Source of the DNA: an uncultured bacterium | GTDB taxonomy: Bacteria > Abyssobacteria > SURF-5 | Reading direction: 5' to 3' | Assembly (NCBI GenBank): GCA_964607485.1 | Contig: CAZSKP010000006.1 | Coordinates: 97,157 to 161,156, forward strand | Length of the DNA: 64,000 bases | In this document: one piece after another, positions 19,729 through 28,012 of the stretch | How the letters are laid out: each line of letters begins with the position of its first letter | Numbering within the stretch: the stretch's first letter is position 1 | Translations under genes and position numbers: made by a program | Notes under the pieces: generated by a model | What the model was told of the DNA's origin: nothing | Seen by the model: the letters and a program-made list of their open reading frames with translations, nothing else | Database searches by the model: none

Positions 19729-21218
19729 GGGTTATCCCCGGTCCTCGCGCCGGCGTCCGATTGGAATTCGTTTCGTATCCTCGCCCGGATCCTGAAATTC
19801 ACTTTTTCACCCTTTTCCGCCTTTGTGGCGGAATCGATTTTCACTTCGTAGAGCAAAGGTGATTTTTCCAGCCGGCCATTGAATATGTTGATGTCATCGA
19901 AGGAATCCACCTCGCCCGTCATGCGGAGGACATTGTCTGAAATAGCCAGGTCGTTCAGCGCAAGGTTCTTCTTGTCGGGTATGCTCGCCGTCACCTCGGA
20001 GAGAACGTTGAGCGGCGACACGTATGTCGAGGAATAGTTTCTGAGCGACTTGAACTTATCCTGCTCCTCTTTTACTCTCTGCTCGGCTACCTCGGGAGAA
20101 TTGATTCCGGGAAGAGTGTCCGCGAAAATCTTCAGCATTTCCCGGTTCAACGATTCCAGTTGGCGCGATTCCTGACGAATCTCGGCTGCGACGCTGCCGA
20201 ACCACGCGACCAACGCCACCGCGAGAACGACAAGGCTGAAATAAATGTTTGACTTCACCCGGGAGAGCGGGGAGAGGGGGGCATATTCCTCCCGCCTGAA
20301 GTTGACCTCGTTTGCCGACGTTCCCAGTCCGACGCGGGCAAGAGCTATCGCAAGCCGGAAATCGTCGGCTCTGTCCAAGAGCGGCGGAGGAATTTCGGCG
20401 AGAGTTCCCTCGTTGAATCCGACTGTCCTCACGGGGAAATCGCGAAGCGACCCTTGCAGGATTTTGCGCATGTTGTCCGCGCCCGTGCCGGCTATACACA
20501 GCGTGCCGACCTCCGCGCTCACCGAGGATTGAAAGGAGAAAAGCGACCGCTGTATCTCCTTGACCATCTTCTTTGCGGCCTGTTCGTCGCCCGGGGACAT
20601 TCCGTCGAGATTCCTGTAACCGAGCAGCTTCTCTCCGCTGAAGAAGCCCAGGAAAGAACCGCTGCTGTCCACATGCAGCAGAGCCGTGGCTTTATCGGGC
20701 GAAAAATCGAACGGATTCATGTAGAAGTCCGCCAGCGCCAGCGCATCGAGCGTGATGACCTGCGGGTCCACGCCGGCCATCTCGAACAGCTGCAATCGTT
20801 CCGATATGAGGTTCTTCGTCACGGCTATCGCGAGTAGTTCGGCGCCGGCATCCGTCTCCCGCATCGCGACATAGTCGGAGACAACCTGCTCGATGGGATA
20901 CGGAATCTGGGGTTCAATCTGAAACTTCAACGTCTGCCTGAGCTTGCCGGGGTCGGTAATGGGAGTGGCCAACGTTCGGTTTATGCTTGCGGAGGCGGGC
21001 AGACAGGCGACCGAGGTGTCGCCGTCGAGCCCGCTTTCTTCGAACATTTGTCGTATCACTGAAGCTGTCGCCGCCTTTGCCTCCTGCCCGGATGTTTGCG
21101 GAATCTCTCTCTCTATCAGGTCCAGCACCCTCATTCGTCCGCCCTGGCCGCTGGCCACGGCTATCTTCACGCAATCCGGCTGAATGTCGATCCCAATGCT
21201 TTTGCTCTGGAATATCAT
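19725..21218 (-). CDS. gspL: Type II secretion protein L (PilM-like actin domain, TM, PilN-like domain)
   Basis: GIDI N-terminus, QIPYPIE, an VNF motif before the TM and a PilN-like C-terminus. ATG at 21218 overlaps the gspK stop. Confidence 0.75.
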   Translation of the reverse strand: MIFQSKSIGIDIQPDCVKIAVASGQGGRMRVLDLIEREIPQTSGQEAKAATASVIRQMFEESGLDGDTSVACLPASASINRTLATPITDPGKLRQTLKFQIEPQIPYPIEQVVSDYVAMRETDAGAELLAIAVTKNLISERLQLFEMAGVDPQVITLDALALADFYMNPFDFSPDKATALLHVDSSGSFLGFFSGEKLLGYRNLDGMSPGDEQAAKKMVKEIQRSLFSFQSSVSAEVGTLCIAGTGADNMRKILQGSLRDFPVRTVGFNEGTLAEIPPPLLDRADDFRLAIALARVGLGTSANEVNFRREEYAPLSPLSRVKSNIYFSLVVLAVALVAWFGSVAAEIRQESRQLESLNREMLKIFADTLPGINSPEVAEQRVKEEQDKFKSLRNYSSTYVSPLNVLSEVTASIPDKKNLALNDLAISDNVLRMTGEVDSFDDINIFNGRLEKSPLLYEVKIDSATKAEKGEKVNFRIRARIRNEFQSDAGARTGDNP

Positions 21219-22285
21219 CTGTCCACTTTCCAAAACGCAGTGTCGATGCTGAAGTACTCGTGGTCCGCCTGCTGCTCATCGGCGTGGACGCGCTTCAGAA
21301 GAGCTCTTATCTTCACGTCCCGTGTCGGCGGCTCTTTGGTCGATGACTCTTCGGTTTGTGGCGCTTGGGAGAGAACGCGTCCGCTCGATTCCGCCAGAAA
21401 GTACGAGCTTCGGGTTGTGAACTTCTCCGAAAGGTTGACATCGGGAATGCGGCCGGCCATGTCCTGGGCGCTTTCGAACGGGGAGGTCTGCCGCATGTCC
21501 ACTATCGTCGAAGCGAGAGACTCGCTGTTCAGAAGAGCCGCGACCACCTGTTCGGGCGCAGTGTTGATGTTGACGAGCCCGTCCTCGTCTCCGAAGACAG
21601 TGACGAAATCCGCCAGGCCGGGGTTCTTATCGTCTCCGTACAGAGTCTTCTTGTCAAACCCCTTCACGAGCAACAGCTCTTCGACGCTGTCCATCGGTCC
21701 GTTCTTGCATTTCATTGGCGGGTCCAGAGATTCGTAGTATGCATTCTCTGCGCCGAAAGGCTGCTCCTGGTCGTTTTCATCCAGCCAGTCCACGATGCAG
21801 TCAACTAGGTTAGGGTCGATCTCCAGCAGTTCGAACAAGTGCCTGAAACTCTCAACCATCGACACGTTCAGGCTCTCGATGTCATACTCGGTCGTGGGTC
21901 TCTTTATCAAACGGTTCAAGTTGAGCTTGGACATCTCGTCCGAGATACGCGTCTCGGCTTCCGTAGATGCCGTCTCCACTTTGATTTCCGACGCCCACTC
22001 CTCATTGAGCGTGTCGGCCGTCAGCCCGGTTTCGAAATCCGTCATGACGTCGTTCAGCAGCATGGCCTTGGCCTTCTCGACGCCCGCGCGCGCCGCCGCC
22101 TCGGCCCGGAGGTTTTCGACCATGTTGCCCGAGAGCGTCGCGTGAACCCGCATGAGATAATTGAATTCCAACACAACGACGGACAGAATGACGGTGACGA
22201 GCAGGGTCAACAGCAAGGCCATCCCCCCTTCGTCACACGCGGCCCTTACTGGTCGCTCTCGGCTTATTATGGGGCATTTGTTCAT
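21215..22285 (-). CDS. gspK: Type II secretion minor pseudopilin K
   Basis: G/MALLLTL prepilin without E5, DEMSKLNLN, DWLDEN, EELLLVKG and NINTAP. Confidence 0.9.
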   Translation of the reverse strand: MNKCPIISRERPVRAACDEGGMALLLTLLVTVILSVVVLEFNYLMRVHATLSGNMVENLRAEAAARAGVEKAKAMLLNDVMTDFETGLTADTLNEEWASEIKVETASTEAETRISDEMSKLNLNRLIKRPTTEYDIESLNVSMVESFRHLFELLEIDPNLVDCIVDWLDENDQEQPFGAENAYYESLDPPMKCKNGPMDSVEELLLVKGFDKKTLYGDDKNPGLADFVTVFGDEDGLVNINTAPEQVVAALLNSESLASTIVDMRQTSPFESAQDMAGRIPDVNLSEKFTTRSSYFLAESSGRVLSQAPQTEESSTKEPPTRDVKIRALLKRVHADEQQADHEYFSIDTAFWKVDR

Positions 22286-22379
22286 TCTGTGTCAAGCCTG
22301 CAATGTTCGCTTGCGCACGCGGACTCACCTGCGTTTTGCATCCTCGGCCGCATGCGCCGAGCCCGCCGATTCCCCCGTT

Positions 22380-23258
22380 TCAGAAAGTGAGCGATGAATC
22401 GGACGACTCGTCGGATTTGGGAAACTCGATCGGTTCATCCGATTCAGCAGGAGCGTCCCCCGACGCCTCCCCTTCGGGCGCTTCTTCAACCTGTTCGGTC
22501 TCTTTGGTCTCTTCCGTCTCTTCTGTTTCTTCCGGTTCCTGGGCCGGCGGTTCCATCGGCTGTTCGAGCAGCGTATTCACTTCGACGTGAGCGATCGTGG
22601 AAAACGTATATGTGTCGCCGTTCGAATCTGCCAGCTCGAGGGCGACCCTGACGGCGTCGGGCAGCACCCCTTGGTCCTCATACTTCCACTCCTGAAGCCA
22701 GTCGGCGCCGTCGGAATATTCAAGGTTGAGGGAGCGGATATTCAGCGACCATTGAGGCGTCGCCTCCTCGTCCTCCGACTTCAGCAGCAGCGGCTCCACC
22801 GTGCACTTCAGGACGAACGGATTGTTTTCGTCTCCAAACAGTTCGGCGTCCTCGAGGTCCTGTGCACGGACGACTTCGTAACTGACACGCGCGGTTTCGC
22901 CCGGCATCGCGCGTGTGCCGAAGCGGGGATTGGTCGTGAAGGCGCTCAATGAATCCGCATCGGAATTTTCGATTAGGGTATCCGTCCCGAGGAAGACAGA
23001 CTGGTCGTCGTCTTCCGGCGAATAGCTTCCCGCGAACGGGACGTAGGCCGATGATACGTTCCGGGAGATATTGCTGAGGATGAAGTTGGCGCGGTGATAG
23101 ATGGCCGCGCGCTCTTCCTGTTCCTCCGCGTTCCTGACGGTGTAGAAGAACGTGCCGAAAATGATGCTGAATATCATCGCGAGGATTGTGATGGCTACCA
23201 GAATCTCAATCAGGGTGAATCCTTCGCAGGCGGCCCTCTTGTTCACGGACGCTTTCAT
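22380..23258 (-). CDS. gspJ: Type II secretion minor pseudopilin J with acidic C-terminal tail
   Basis: G/FTLIEIL prepilin motif and W.QEW...LPDAVRV.L. ATG at 23258 overlaps the gspI stop. Confidence 0.8.
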   Translation of the reverse strand: MKASVNKRAACEGFTLIEILVAITILAMIFSIIFGTFFYTVRNAEEQEERAAIYHRANFILSNISRNVSSAYVPFAGSYSPEDDDQSVFLGTDTLIENSDADSLSAFTTNPRFGTRAMPGETARVSYEVVRAQDLEDAELFGDENNPFVLKCTVEPLLLKSEDEEATPQWSLNIRSLNLEYSDGADWLQEWKYEDQGVLPDAVRVALELADSNGDTYTFSTIAHVEVNTLLEQPMEPPAQEPEETEETEETKETEQVEEAPEGEASGDAPAESDEPIEFPKSDESSDSSLTF

Positions 23259-23623
23259 TCGACCAAGGCCCTCGCAACGAAAGTCTCCAGCGCGAACTCG
23301 CTCTCCGGAAACTTGATCGTTATCGTCACCTTCTTGAGATTCTTGACATCGGCGTCCTCGACTTCCAGCTCCCATTCACAGTTGGGATACTGGGATTCGA
23401 AATCGCCTGAATCGCTCGCGAGAGAATCGAACGGGGTCGTGAGAATCTCTTCCATCTTTTGGCGGGCCAGCAGCGCGGCCAGCGTCTGTTCGCGGTTTTT
23501 CTCGGCGAGGTTCAGGCTCATCAGGTGGGTTCCAAGCAGAGTCACGAGCGCGGTTGCGATGATGCTGAGCGCCACCATCACTTCCAACAGCGTGAATCCT
23601 CTGTTTGAACGATGTGCGGTCAT
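23255..23623 (-). CDS. gspI: Type II secretion minor pseudopilin I
   Basis: RG/FTLLEVMVAL prepilin motif, 122 aa, expected position in the cluster. Confidence 0.85.
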   Translation of the reverse strand: MTAHRSNRGFTLLEVMVALSIIATALVTLLGTHLMSLNLAEKNREQTLAALLARQKMEEILTTPFDSLASDSGDFESQYPNCEWELEVEDADVKNLKKVTITIKFPESEFALETFVARALVE

Positions 23624-24210
23624 CCGGTTTCGCTGCTCAGGGGAAGAAGCGTGGGAATGCCTGTCACGCCATCATACAGGACGGCGAACCTTCCCCCGTC
23701 CTCGTTCGCGAGATATATAGTGGCGGGACTCGCGTTGCCAAGCGGGCTGAACTCGATGTATTGCGGGCCGAGCGACGCCGTGGTGCGCTCTTCCCGCACC
23801 TCGACCGATGAAAAATGCACACCGGGAGGCAGCTTTCTGGGAGCGAACATGGGCTCGCTCGGAGTGGTCTCCTCGACGTTTCCGCCGCTTTCCTCATGTT
23901 GAAGCAGTTCAAAATGCGTCCCGATTCGAATTCCGGTTGCGCGGGTCGAGCCTTCGCCTTCTTCGACTTCAGTGACCTCCGTTATCCAGTACTTGTCGGC
24001 CGAACTGTCCAGATAGAGCCTGTACGTCTTGTTCTTCGTGACCGACTCGCCATAGGCGAGGCTGATTGTGCCCGAGAGCAGCCGGGCCGCGCTCTTGAGC
24101 CTTCGTTGGGGCACGAAGGGGTCCAGCCGCGGAAGCACGATGGCGGCCATGATACTGATGATCGCCATGACCACGACGAGCTCGACGAGAGTGAATCCTC
24201 TTCTTCTCAT
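23620..24210 (-). CDS. gspH: Type II secretion minor pseudopilin H
   Basis: RG/FTLVELVVV prepilin motif and C-terminal IEFSPLG...VTG. Confidence 0.8.
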   Translation of the reverse strand: MRRRGFTLVELVVVMAIISIMAAIVLPRLDPFVPQRRLKSAARLLSGTISLAYGESVTKNKTYRLYLDSSADKYWITEVTEVEEGEGSTRATGIRIGTHFELLQHEESGGNVEETTPSEPMFAPRKLPPGVHFSSVEVREERTTASLGPQYIEFSPLGNASPATIYLANEDGGRFAVLYDGVTGIPTLLPLSSETG

Positions 24211-24257
24211 GTTTCCAACCCTACTCCTGCATTAGGGCCTTCAGTCAAATTACATTC

Positions 24258-24417
24258 ACCGCGAAGACGCAAAGAACGCAAAGAGATACTAGCCACAGCA
24301 CACTTTCTCTTCCTTTTTTGGTGTCTTGGTGCCTTGGTGGTTCGCGGTCATTTCTCTGCGCCCTTTGCGTCTTTGCGGTTCAAATCTTATTCGTGGCATT
24401 TGTTCCCATTCGTGTTC
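24258..24417. repeat. Cluster of short REP-like repeats between gspG and gspH
   Basis: Inverted pair ACCGCGAAGACGCAAAGAACGCAAAGAGA (24258-24286) and TTTCTCTGCGCCCTTTGCGTCTTTGCGGT (24351-24379). Also GGTGTCTTGGTGCCTTGGTGGTT (24320-24342) and ATTCGTG...ATTCGTG (24389-24417). Confidence 0.7.
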
Positions 24418-24433
24418 GGGAGTTGTTTCGTCT

Positions 24434-24886
24434 TTACTCGATGTTCCAGCTTTCGATATCGGCGTTTTCGTCTTCGCCGCCCTCAACGCCGTCGGCGCCG
24501 AGCGACTTTATTTCATAGTCGAACCCGTGAGAGCCGGGCGATTCGTATATGTAAGGGTTGCCCCACGGGTCGTTCGGAACCTTTGCGCTGTCGAGGTAGC
24601 CACCCTTCTTGTATTTCTCGGGGATTCTGCCGGTCGTCGGCTCGACCACGAGCGCCTGCAAGCCCTGCTCGGTTGAAGGGTAGAAGCCGCTATCCAGCCT
24701 GAACAGCTTCAGCCCCGTCTCGAAGCTTCTTATCTGCGCCTTGGCTGCGTTTATCTTCGCGTCCTCGGTTCTCTCGATGAACTTGGGGGCGATGTAGGCG
24801 GCGAGGATGCCTATGATGACGATGACCACCATCAATTCGATCAGCGTGAATCCGCGCTCCGACTTCCGGAAACGGGTTCCGTTCAT
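24434..24886 (-). CDS. gspG: Type II secretion major pseudopilin G
   Basis: RG/FTLIELMVV, YPSTEQGLQALV, DPWGNPY and SLGADG.EGG...ADI. SD GGAGGGAG precedes the ATG at 24886. Confidence 0.95.
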   Translation of the reverse strand: MNGTRFRKSERGFTLIELMVVIVIIGILAAYIAPKFIERTEDAKINAAKAQIRSFETGLKLFRLDSGFYPSTEQGLQALVVEPTTGRIPEKYKKGGYLDSAKVPNDPWGNPYIYESPGSHGFDYEIKSLGADGVEGGEDENADIESWNIE

Positions 24887-24902
24887 TCCCAACACTCCCT
24901 CC

Positions 24903-26126
24903 TCACTGGACGATACGGTTGATGTCGAATATCGGCAGCAGCACCGCCAGCACGATGAATCCCACCGCCGCCGCCATGACCACTATCATCGTCGGCTCGA
25001 GCAGCGACACGATGCCCAAAAGCGTCGTGTCCACTTCGTCGTCGAATGTGTCGGCCACCTTGATGAGCATGTCTTCGAGCTGGCCGCTGCGTTCGCCGAG
25101 CGCTATCATGTGGGTCACGACCGGCGGAAACACGGTGCTTCGCTTCAATGACACGGCAAGGTCGTCGCCCTTGCGCACGCTCTCCTGCGCCTCATCTATC
25201 GCGCGGGCGATGATCCGGTTGTTGACGATGCTCTTCACGATTTCGAGTGAATCCAAAAGGTTGACGCCGCTCTGCGTGAGCGTGCCGAGCGTGCGAGCGA
25301 ATCGAGCGACGGCCATCTTGCGGTTCAGCTTCCCGAAGACGGGAAGCACGAGCTTGATCCTGTCCCACGCCGTTCCGCCCGCCTCTGTCTTCAGGTAGCG
25401 GTTTATCGCGAGCAAGCCGAGCGCCGCTATGATAAAGATTACCAGCCAGTAGTGGCGCATGAAAGCTGACACGTTGATGAGAACGACGGTCGGCGTCGGC
25501 AACGCTCGGTTGACCTGCATGAATATTTTCGTGATGGTGGGGATGATGTAGGTCATCAGAAAGAACAGCACGCCGAAGCCCACCACCGTCATGAGCGATG
25601 GATAGAGCATGGCCGAGGTCACCCGTCGTCGGAGCGCGAGCTGTTTTTCCATGTAGTCGGCCAGTCGGAACAGCACGATCTCGATCGCCCCCGACGATTC
25701 ACCCGCCTTGACCATGTTCACGTATAACTGGGGAAAATAGCGCCGATGCTGTGCGAGCGCCGCCGAGAGAGAGGCCCCTTCGCTGATCGTTTCTTTTATC
25801 TGATATACGATCTTCACCAGGCCCTTGTTGTCTATCTGTTCGAGCACGGCGTTGAGCGCCTCGACGAGAGGCATCCCCGCCTGCAGGAGCACGGCGAGCT
25901 GGCGGGTGAACAGGGCGATGTCAGGCGTCTTGGGCCGGGAGAGAATTTCGGACAGGACTATCTCGCGCGCGGGCTTCGCCGCGCCGCGCGTTGTCTCGCC
26001 GACCTGAACGGGCATGAGGCCCATCTCGCGCAGCTTTGCGCGTGCGGCCAGCGCGCTGTCGGCGTCGAGCACACCCTTTACCCGCTTGCTGGCGTCGTTT
26101 ATCGCGATGTATTCAAAGACGGGCAT
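24903..26126 (-). CDS. gspF: Type II secretion inner-membrane platform protein F
   Basis: MPVFEY.A, FTRQLA.LL.AG.PL, GESSG, AMLYP, GERSG and LLEP motifs. Confidence 0.92.
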   Translation of the reverse strand: MPVFEYIAINDASKRVKGVLDADSALAARAKLREMGLMPVQVGETTRGAAKPAREIVLSEILSRPKTPDIALFTRQLAVLLQAGMPLVEALNAVLEQIDNKGLVKIVYQIKETISEGASLSAALAQHRRYFPQLYVNMVKAGESSGAIEIVLFRLADYMEKQLALRRRVTSAMLYPSLMTVVGFGVLFFLMTYIIPTITKIFMQVNRALPTPTVVLINVSAFMRHYWLVIFIIAALGLLAINRYLKTEAGGTAWDRIKLVLPVFGKLNRKMAVARFARTLGTLTQSGVNLLDSLEIVKSIVNNRIIARAIDEAQESVRKGDDLAVSLKRSTVFPPVVTHMIALGERSGQLEDMLIKVADTFDDEVDTTLLGIVSLLEPTMIVVMAAAVGFIVLAVLLPIFDINRIVQ

Positions 26127-26296
26127 TGGAAGCGTTATTGCAGCGTGGTCCCCTTCAGGAACGATGTCGCCCAAAAATCACGGGAGCAGCCACAACCGGT
26201 TGAAAAAAAATGGTTATGAGTCCGCTCCCTTTCCCCGGGCAATAACGGATTGGGTTTCGGGTCCAAGCGTTTTCCTTTTCGCCTTTTCCCCCTTTT

Positions 26297-28012
26297 CTAA
26301 ACAATGTCTTCGCGGGTAACCCGCATCACTTCCTCTACGGTGGTGACACCCGCAACCGCCTTCGCGGCTCCATCTTCACGGAGCGTAATCATCCCGTTTT
26401 TCGTGATGGCCTCCCGCTTTATCGCATTCGAATCCACATTTCCCAGTATGCGGTTCTGAATGTTCTCGCGAACGAGCAGCAGCTCGAAGATTCCCGTGCG
26501 TCCGCGGTATCCTCGGCCCACACAGTCGGCGCATCCGCCGCCTCGCCACAGTGCGGCGTCCCGGAGCCGTTTCCTCTCTATCCCTATGTTCTCGAGCTCG
26601 AGAGCGTCGGGTTCGTAAGAGGTCTTGCAGGCGGGGCAAACGGTGCGCACCAGCCGCTGGGCGAGCACGGCCACGACCGACGATGAGACGAGGAACGGCT
26701 CGATTCCCATGTTCAACAGCCGCGTGATGGCGCCGGCCGCGTCGTTCGTGTGAAGTGTGCTGAAGACGAGATGGCCGGTGAGCGACGCCTGTATGGCCAT
26801 CTCGGCGGTTTCGATGTCCCGGATTTCTCCGACCAGTATTATGTCGGGGTCCTGCCGGAGAATGGACCGGAGGCCGTTGGCGAACGTGAGGTCGATCTTC
26901 GGCTTGACCTGTATCTGCGCGATGCCGTCCATCATGTACTCGATGGGGTCCTCGACGGTGATGATGTTTTTTTCCAGCGAATTCAACCGATTCAGCGCGG
27001 CGTACTGCGTGGTCGTCTTGCCGCTGCCCGTTGGCCCGGTCATCAGTATGATGCCGTGTGAACATTCCAGGAGGCGCTCGAATTGGCTCAGGTTCTCCAT
27101 GTTGAGCCCCAGCTCCTCCAGCGAGAAGAGGAAGACGCCCTTATCGAGCAGCCGCATCACGACCCTCTCGCCGAAGGCGGTGGGCACGATCGAGACGCGG
27201 ATGTCGATCTCGCGGCCCGTGAGCATGATTTTTATGCGGCCGTCCTGCGGGAGGCGCCGCTCGGCTATGTTCAGGTTGGCCATTATCTTTATCCGGGACA
27301 CGATGGCCGCGTGGTACGACCGGGGCGGGCTGAGTATCTGGTAGAGAACCCCGTCGATACGATACCGCACCCGCAGGTCCTTCTCATACGGTTCTATATG
27401 GATGTCGCTCGCCCTTTCCTTCACCGCCTGCGAGATGATGACGTTGACAAGCTTGATGATGGGCGCCTCGTTGGCGAGGTCGAGCAGGTCGCGGCGTTCT
27501 TCGAGGGCTTCGGTCGTGAGCAGGCCCATGTCCTCTTCGTCCATGTCCATTATGACCTGAGCCGCCGAATGGTTCTGGAGGTCGAAATAGTGGGTGATGA
27601 TGCGCTCGATCTCCTCGAACGGACATATCATCACGCTCATCGGCATTCCGAGCAGCAGCTTGAGATCGTCCACGGGCGCCAAGTTGAACGGGTCGTGCAC
27701 GGCGACCAGGCACCCATTCTCTTCTTCGCAGATGGGCACGACGTGGTTTTCCTTGATGAATGAGAGAGGGACCTTTGAGAGAATGCCGGGATTCACCTGG
27801 ACGTCGATTCTGGGCCGATAGGGGATGTCGAGAAACTCGCCGACGGCGCTCAGGTACCGGTCCTCCGACAGATGGCCGCTCTGCACGACGGCATCGAAAA
27901 AGCTCAGACTCTTTTCGTCCTGCGCCTGCAAGATATCGCCGAGCTGTTCGCGCGAGAGATACCCGTTCTGAATGAGGAAACTTCCGATTGCCTTTCCCGT
28001 GGCGGTCGTCAC
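26297..28012 (-). CDS. gspE: Type II secretion ATPase E
   Basis: ASDIHIEP, GPTGSGKTTT, LRQDPD, GEIRD and STLHTND; lies between gspD and gspF. Confidence 0.93.
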   Translation of the reverse strand: MTTATGKAIGSFLIQNGYLSREQLGDILQAQDEKSLSFFDAVVQSGHLSEDRYLSAVGEFLDIPYRPRIDVQVNPGILSKVPLSFIKENHVVPICEEENGCLVAVHDPFNLAPVDDLKLLLGMPMSVMICPFEEIERIITHYFDLQNHSAAQVIMDMDEEDMGLLTTEALEERRDLLDLANEAPIIKLVNVIISQAVKERASDIHIEPYEKDLRVRYRIDGVLYQILSPPRSYHAAIVSRIKIMANLNIAERRLPQDGRIKIMLTGREIDIRVSIVPTAFGERVVMRLLDKGVFLFSLEELGLNMENLSQFERLLECSHGIILMTGPTGSGKTTTQYAALNRLNSLEKNIITVEDPIEYMMDGIAQIQVKPKIDLTFANGLRSILRQDPDIILVGEIRDIETAEMAIQASLTGHLVFSTLHTNDAAGAITRLLNMGIEPFLVSSSVVAVLAQRLVRTVCPACKTSYEPDALELENIGIERKRLRDAALWRGGGCADCVGRGYRGRTGIFELLLVRENIQNRILGNVDSNAIKREAITKNGMITLREDGAAKAVAGVTTVEEVMRVTREDIV

